Below are positions 58,162 through 64,000 of a DNA stretch of 64,000 nt, piece by piece (position 1 is the first letter of the stretch; every line of letters starts with the position of its first letter). Origin of the DNA: Candidatus Poribacteria bacterium (GTDB lineage Bacteria; Poribacteria; WGA-4E; WGA-3G). Location: NCBI GenBank assembly GCA_965198235.1, contig OZ240248.1, positions 896,001 to 960,000 on the forward strand, read 5' to 3'. The notes beneath the pieces are model-generated. The model was given only the letters and a program-made list of their open reading frames with translations. It searched no databases and was not told the DNA's origin. The position numbers were made by a program, and so were the translations under genes.

Positions 58162-60234
58162 ATGTTCACGACGACGGACAAGACCCTCGTAAGCTGGTTC
58201 TGCTTTGATGAGGAAGCCCCAAAGCACTGCAGCGTGATTACCGTGCAGGCGGCTGACAAGTATGACGCACTTGCTTTTGGGCAGGATGCTCGAGGTAAGT
58301 GGTCCACCGCCAGCGATGATAACACTCGCACGCAAAGCACCGAACAACTCGCGCAAAATCCAGCACAGGAAATTGTCTCCGGACAGTTCATGATGATGGC
58401 CGCCGTTTACAAGGACAACTCGGTCACCATCTACCGCGATGGGGAAGTGTACGCCAGCTATACCATCGAAAAGCCGTTTGATTTTCTGAACAGCCCCTAT
58501 CTACAACTGGTAATTGGCTCGGTCAATCTCAATCCTAACTACGCCATATCATTTAAGGGAAAAGTCAAGGATGTCCGGATTTATGCACAGGCTTTGACGC
58601 AAGAGCAGATTAAGGATCTGAGACCGAACGCGCCTTCGGCAATTCAACCGTTCAGCTGGTATGATTTCTCGAAAAATGATTGGTGGACAGATCATGCTGG
58701 AAAATTCCCCGAGATTAAAAACTATGCCGCGACAAAACTGAATGAAGAAGACAGGTATATTGTTTTCGATCGAGATGATAGACACATATTTACCTTGGAC
58801 AACGAAGCTGTCCGTATCGCTCGTGATTTTCGTCAACGGCTGATGCATGACCCGAGTCGGCCGACATATCACTTGGTTAATTCCGAAGGTGATAACGAAA
58901 GGAACTATTCGACCGATCCGAATTTCATGATCTACTGGAAAGGTCAGTATCATTTCGGTTATATGTGCAAAGGCGACGAGTACGCTTTTGGGCACTTCAC
59001 GAGTACCGACCTTGTTCACTGGCGGCGGCGCGGGGATTGTGCCTTGGGCAGCGGCGGTTGTGGTACAGGCGGTACGATTATCACCAAAGACGGCAAGAAA
59101 GTTATCTTTGTCGGCATATTTGGCGGTCGTCCGACCTATGTCGAAGCTTCGGATGAGCATCTGGAGGACTGGTCTAAACCGATTGAAATTGAGGTGCCTC
59201 AAGAGGCACGGGATGCCGATTATTGGGTATTCTGGGACCCGACGGCTTGGGTTGAAGGAGATTACTACTACATATTTTCCGGCGATCACGCTATGGAGGA
59301 TACCCGACCGGGGTTGGGTGCTTGGTATAAAAGGACAACACTTATGCGCTCCAAAGACTTTGAGAAGTGGGAATTTCTCGGTGAATTTATGACGAAAGAA
59401 TTGCCGGGACTTGAGCATCACGATCATTCCTGCACTGACTTCTTCAAACTCGGCAACAAGCACATGATGCTACTTATCAGCCATAGCTGGGGGGCGCGGT
59501 ATTATCTGGGTGAATGGAAGGATAATAAGTTCACACCTGAGTTTCATACCAAGATGAGTTGGAGCAACAATTATCGCGGAATACCTATCTATTGGGCACC
59601 CAAAACCCTCCTCACACCAGACGGACGCAGAGTCGTCATTACCAATATACAGGTTAACCTTGGCAACACTTTATGGAGCTGCGTATTCTCATTGCCCTGG
59701 GAATTGAGTCTGCCTGAGGATGGGATTGTGCGCATTAAACCGGTTCGTGAGCTTGAGCGTCTACGCTACAACGAAACGGTTGAGAACAACATTGCGGTCA
59801 AAGACAGCGAGGACTATAGGCTGAAGGAAATCTCAGGCGATACGGTTGAATTGAATGTCACAATCAAGCCTACCGAAGTGAGGGACTATGGCGTAAAAGT
59901 GTTCTGTGACAAAGACAACCAGAATGGGATGGAGATCTTCTACTCAGCCGACAAGAAGACGATTTCGGTAGGTGATGGCAAAGAAGCGACAGAACCATAT
60001 CGTGGATCCCAACCTTATGGCGTTGCGCCGTTCGAGTTGAAAGCGGGAGAGGATTTGAATTTGCGGATATTCCTCGACAGACCGATCGTGGAAGTCTTCA
60101 TCAATGAACGTCAGGCAGTCGCCCAGAGTCAACTGCATAAGCCGGAAGATGTTGGAATATGCCTTTACAGCAGAGGCGGGGACATCAAGGCAGACGTAAC
60201 GGGTTGGAAGATGGCGGGGGCCAACCAATGGTGA
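58162..60234 (+). CDS. GH32-like glycoside hydrolase with N-terminal LamG-like domain
   Basis: RPTYHL, TDPN, STDLVHW, WDP, SCTDFF, YWAPKT, SLPWEL, LRIFLDRPIVEVFIN. Confidence 0.82.
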   Translation: MFTTTDKTLVSWFCFDEEAPKHCSVITVQAADKYDALAFGQDARGKWSTASDDNTRTQSTEQLAQNPAQEIVSGQFMMMAAVYKDNSVTIYRDGEVYASYTIEKPFDFLNSPYLQLVIGSVNLNPNYAISFKGKVKDVRIYAQALTQEQIKDLRPNAPSAIQPFSWYDFSKNDWWTDHAGKFPEIKNYAATKLNEEDRYIVFDRDDRHIFTLDNEAVRIARDFRQRLMHDPSRPTYHLVNSEGDNERNYSTDPNFMIYWKGQYHFGYMCKGDEYAFGHFTSTDLVHWRRRGDCALGSGGCGTGGTIITKDGKKVIFVGIFGGRPTYVEASDEHLEDWSKPIEIEVPQEARDADYWVFWDPTAWVEGDYYYIFSGDHAMEDTRPGLGAWYKRTTLMRSKDFEKWEFLGEFMTKELPGLEHHDHSCTDFFKLGNKHMMLLISHSWGARYYLGEWKDNKFTPEFHTKMSWSNNYRGIPIYWAPKTLLTPDGRRVVITNIQVNLGNTLWSCVFSLPWELSLPEDGIVRIKPVRELERLRYNETVENNIAVKDSEDYRLKEISGDTVELNVTIKPTEVRDYGVKVFCDKDNQNGMEIFYSADKKTISVGDGKEATEPYRGSQPYGVAPFELKAGEDLNLRIFLDRPIVEVFINERQAVAQSQLHKPEDVGICLYSRGGDIKADVTGWKMAGANQW

Positions 60235-60497
60235 AAGAGATGCCGGTTACCCACCGGACTTAACTGAGGGTAGCATATCGGTGTGCTGGCGTTATTTCTT
60301 CGGCACATTCATATCTACAGAGGGGCGTACAATTTTTTCGGGATACGCCAGAATCTTCAAGATGTTCGTTGATAGTGTAGACGCTACCTTAAATCCGCGA
60401 AAACTGACTATTGAAAGGATTGCAGAGTAATCCGTGATGTTTTAAATTTTTGCTCGCTCCCTGCCTGTACGAACCTCGTGTTATAGAGGTTAAAAAG

Positions 60498-60696
60498 TTG
60501 AAAGTAACGTTTTGAAGAAAACGTTAAGTACACGGCTGAAATTGAACTTCACGAAACCGACCTTTTGTCCGACTCACTCAAAGATACTGACGACGAAACA
60601 CTCCTCACAGAACTCGCACGCCGCGGATACGACCTCTCCAGACTCCGCGATGAGGAGACAACCGCCTTGCTTTCAAATTCCCCAGAAAGAATCTGA
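60498..60696 (+). pseudogene. small frameshifted hypothetical gene
   Basis: SD GAGGT + TTG AAA GTA ACG TTTT GAA; removing one T gives MKVTFEENVKYTAEIELHETD...LLTELARRGYDLSRLRDEE. Confidence 0.5.
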
Positions 60697-60764
60697 GGAA
60701 ATGAGTTCGGTAAAAGTCATTCAACCCAACCCACGTAAAAAATGAAGGAGAAGTTGTTATATTA

Positions 60765-62176
60765 ATGACATTGATTCAGAAAGAGATGATGCATCACATT
60801 CTCAGCGTCCGGTTTGTCGCACTCCTGCTAATGTGTGTTTTGCTCATCCCACTCACCTTTTCTATCAGTTATCGCAAGTATAGTCAGAGCTTAACAGATT
60901 ATCAAGAATCGGTGAATCGCTCACGATCAGAAACAAAGGAAAATCCTCCGAATGCACAGAACCCAAACATAGAAGTTTCCAAACTTTTTCTCAAACCCAC
61001 GCCTCTGAGCGTCTTCGCAAACGGTTTAGAGGAAGTGCTGCCTACCCATCTTGGAATGACGCGTAATGGCGGCCGGGTTCAACAGCACTTGCTCAAGCGC
61101 CTCTCGCGCATGTATTAGGAAATCTGGATTTCCTGTTTATTGTGGGGACCGTTTTCAGTCTACTCGCACTTCTGTTCACATTTGATGCTGTTGCTGGAGA
61201 GAGAGAAGCAGGCACCCTTCGGATAAACTTGTCAAACCCCGTTCCTCGAGATGTGTTTTTGTGGAGCAAACTGATCGGTGGATACGTTGTGTTCGTTATT
61301 CCGTTTTTAGTGTCTTTCCTCTTGGGGTTACTCCTGATCGTCTGGCAAGGGTTTCCACTCGGTGAGCTCAAGATCGCTATGCCAGTGTTCGGTCTGACGC
61401 TTGTCTCGCTACTTTATATTGCGGTGTTTTTTGCGATAGGTGTGGTCATTTCAACGTATTTCGACAACTCCAAGACCGCGCTGATTGTCGCTTTTACATT
61501 TTGGGTGTTTGCGGTGCTGATCGCGCCACGAGGGGCGTTTATCGTCGCAAAACTCGTCTCACCCACGCGAACGCAGCAGGCTGTTTATATGGAAAAAACA
61601 GCAATTCGCAATAACCTGGCGAAAGAGAAACAGGGGAAGTTGAATAAAAAAATGTTTGAAGCTCTGGGGTCGAGTTTTGCGGCAACACCAGAGGTGAAAA
61701 AGAAATTGGACAACATTAGGAAACCGATTAACGAGGAATATCGACTCAAATTCCAGAATCACGCAAACAAGATTGACAAGGAATACCAACGCGAAAAGGA
61801 TCGCCAAGAGCACATTGGAGAAATGCTCTCTCGGCTCGTGCCAACGTCCTCTCTAAGCTATGCTGCGATAAACTTAACGCAAACGGGTAGGTTAAAAAGG
61901 GACCGCTACTTTCAAACGGGTGAGAGATACTACAAGCAACTTGATGATTCATATTTCAGGGAAATTTCAGACGACGCGATGGCACAGGTCCAAGACATAT
62001 TGGATCGACAGAGAAATCCTTCTGAATCAGAAGAAATCCCACCGCCCCCAACCCTGACAGAACCTGATTTATTGGAAACGATGCGTCGCTCGGCAGTAGA
62101 TGTGCTCTTACTCGGTTTTTTTGCTTTAGCGTTTACGGCGGTGGCGTTCCTGAAGTTCTCCCGTTCTGATATTTGA
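60765..62176 (+). pseudogene. ABC-2 type permease, frameshifted near 61070
   Basis: 5' ORF TLIQKEMMHHILSVRF..; 3' frame LGNLDFLFIVGTVFSLLALLFTFDAVAGEREAGTLR...KFSRSDI; together they form one permease. Confidence 0.8.
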
Positions 62177-62295
62177 CCCACCCCGCCGTGTACAACCATA
62201 TTAGAACGCCTCCACTGTCAACCCCGCGATGATGTCGTTCTCCGCGTCGCGAGGTTACTGGAAGATTTCGGATAGTGCCCGATGAAAAGACATTT

Positions 62296-62358
62296 TATAG
62301 TAAAATCCACAATTACTTGGACATTGGCAGTAGGCGAGGTTACAAACCTCGCCAGCGG
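62296..62358 (+). repeat. MITE-end plus GTAG-REP
   Basis: TATAGTAAAATCCACAATTACTTGGACATTGGCA-GTAGGCGAGGTT-acaa-ACCTCGCCAGCGG. Confidence 0.75.
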
Positions 62359-62620
62359 TGGTGATGGATTCGTTCACTGAACAACTGTCTACATATTTTC
62401 GGGCTTTACTATAAACATAGGTAAGGATACCCTTTAAAATTAAAGACACCGTTTTGCAGCGAATGGGTGCATAAACACCAATGTGTCTTCAGATCGGTAT
62501 AACTCGCATACCCACAGAAAGTAAGTGCCAAAAAAATCAGAAAGTATTCGTAGTAAGACATAAGCGACTTTCAGTTTTAAAGTTTATCTTCTGAACCTCC
62601 AGCCGAATAAAAACTGCTCG

Positions 62621-63520
62621 TCATGGCTTAGTGCTCAATGCGAATGTATCGACGAAGGGCGCAGCACGTTGGCTTTGGAATTCCTTCGTCTCAAAGTCAA
62701 CAACCTTAAGTCCAACTTTTTCGTAGAGTGCTAAGACTTCGTCAGGAGAATCAAAATCGTAGAGGTGCATCAACAACGGCAGCTGCACCGGTAGTGCTGT
62801 TATTGCATACCCGCCCGGTTTTAGCGTGCGCATTGCTTCCGACAAACCAGTTTCTGGATCTGGGATATGCTCAAGCACCTCAACAGCGATAACCACATCG
62901 AAGGTATCGTCAGGATACGGTAGGGTGCGCACATCTCCGATTGACAATTCACTCCTGTCAATTACCTCTTTTTTCCTTAAGAGCCTCTGAGCATGCTGAA
63001 GGCAGTGCTGGCTAATGTCAACACCGGCAGCTTGCCACGAGGAATCCTGTTGTAGAATGAACGCCGTCAACACCCCAGGCCCGAAGCCGAGATCACAAAA
63101 GCGAGATTGCTCTTTGAAACAATCCAAATGCCTACCGATGAACGCTTTCCGTTCCAAAGCAGGTGGAAAAGAGATATAATTCAGGTGTTCACTGATTGGA
63201 TAGTATTTCGTTTCGTAGAGTTTCGTTTTTACTGCCTCGAAATCCCTATCTGCTGTGAGTTGAGTAGGAATCTCAAGCGCGAAAAGTTGTTCAACAGTTA
63301 TTTCCCCACAGTAGAGGATGTCACTAACAAGTTCTTCAGTGTGTGCCCAACTCGTTTCCGGTTGTTGAATCAGGGTTTCTGTCTGCTCCAAAATGGAGGA
63401 CAACAGATACTGGATCGTCTGATTAAAACGGACGCGATGGTATTCCGCGGCGTGTGGATATGCGTCTGTGTGTGTTTGAAGTCGCACCTCAAACGCGGTT
63501 TCAAATTCATCGTAATGCAT
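62621..63520 (-). CDS. class I SAM-dependent methyltransferase
   Basis: DLGFGPG, GVDIS, GDVRTLPYPDDTFD, EVLEHI, LKPGG. Confidence 0.9.
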   Translation of the reverse strand: MHYDEFETAFEVRLQTHTDAYPHAAEYHRVRFNQTIQYLLSSILEQTETLIQQPETSWAHTEELVSDILYCGEITVEQLFALEIPTQLTADRDFEAVKTKLYETKYYPISEHLNYISFPPALERKAFIGRHLDCFKEQSRFCDLGFGPGVLTAFILQQDSSWQAAGVDISQHCLQHAQRLLRKKEVIDRSELSIGDVRTLPYPDDTFDVVIAVEVLEHIPDPETGLSEAMRTLKPGGYAITALPVQLPLLMHLYDFDSPDEVLALYEKVGLKVVDFETKEFQSQRAAPFVDTFALSTKP

Positions 63521-63625
63521 TCATCAGTTACCTTTTTCGTATCAGAATTGTTCTTTCAATTACTTGAAGCGGATTGAAAGCATTTTTACGACAGCTGATT
63601 AGCATGAGAAAGAAAAATGCTTTCT

Positions 63626-64000
63626 CTATGGATCGTCCTCCTTTTTTACTGCCGCCCATATTGTGGTGAGCAGCTGAGGTTGTGGTGAAACCGGCAACGC
63701 ATACACTGGGTCGAACCAATCTCCCCCAGTATTCCATGAAATATGCGTCAATTGCGTCCGAACGCCGCTGTTTAGATTAAGTTTGAAGATTTGGAAATCT
63801 CCATTGATTTCCTGTGTGTAAAGAACTTTTTCCCCATGCGGAGATAGCGCAGGATACTGTGCATAGGGGCCTGCTTCATCTATAAGTTGTTTGAGACCGG
63901 AGCCGTCTCGATTGACGATGTAGATCGTCTGTTTATCCTTCCATGCGTTTTGCAGATCCCTCTCCAAGATGGGGGGTATCAGATGCTTGTTCCCAGTAAA
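63626..64000 (-). CDS. TolB/PD40-like beta-propeller protein, 3' part (start beyond the window)
   Basis: IYIVNRDGSGLKQL, PALSPHG, QLTH; tail LPVSPQPQLLTTIWAAVKK. Confidence 0.8.
   Translation of the reverse strand, partial: FTGNKHLIPPILERDLQNAWKDKQTIYIVNRDGSGLKQLIDEAGPYAQYPALSPHGEKVLYTQEINGDFQIFKLNLNSGVRTQLTHISWNTGGDWFDPVYALPVSPQPQLLTTIWAAVKKEDDP

Noticed and set aside
58549-59463. 304-aa minus-strand ORF (likewise 8288-8950 and 34879-35547)
   Set aside because: Antisense shadows of well-supported genes with no independent coding signal.
60235-60430. Possible gene fragment after the GH32-like gene
   Set aside because: Frames are short and interrupted, and no family could be assigned.

Overview
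A ~50% GC bacterial chromosomal segment with about 50 genes; no rRNA, tRNA, CRISPR array or autonomous transposase was recognised. It is most consistent with Candidatus Poribacteria (inference from several PhyH/TauD dioxygenases, LamG-type secreted proteins sharing a 'KL[A/T]TTWGxLK' tail, and HEAT-repeat proteins). Housekeeping genes: ftsY, an EF-G-like GTPase, miaA, mnmA, a thrB-like kinase and an ABC-F ATPase. Also present: an alpha-2-macroglobulin + pbpC operon, an XPB-like helicase + DUF790 pair, a cytochrome P460 + di-heme porin pair, a MarR-ferritin + ECF sigma pair and catabolic enzymes. Main signals: (1) a dense set of nested small palindromic/REP/MITE-like elements, including a hairpin family with covarying stems and a constant GNA-triloop cap; several copies lie in-frame inside protein-coding genes (five in pbpC); (2) a DUF488-DUF488-(dual-OB-like::RecQ::2xHRDC) operon with a clamp-binding-like motif; (3) a shared C-terminal tail that looks like a protein-sorting signal. 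All family calls come from motif recognition by eye, not from database searches.
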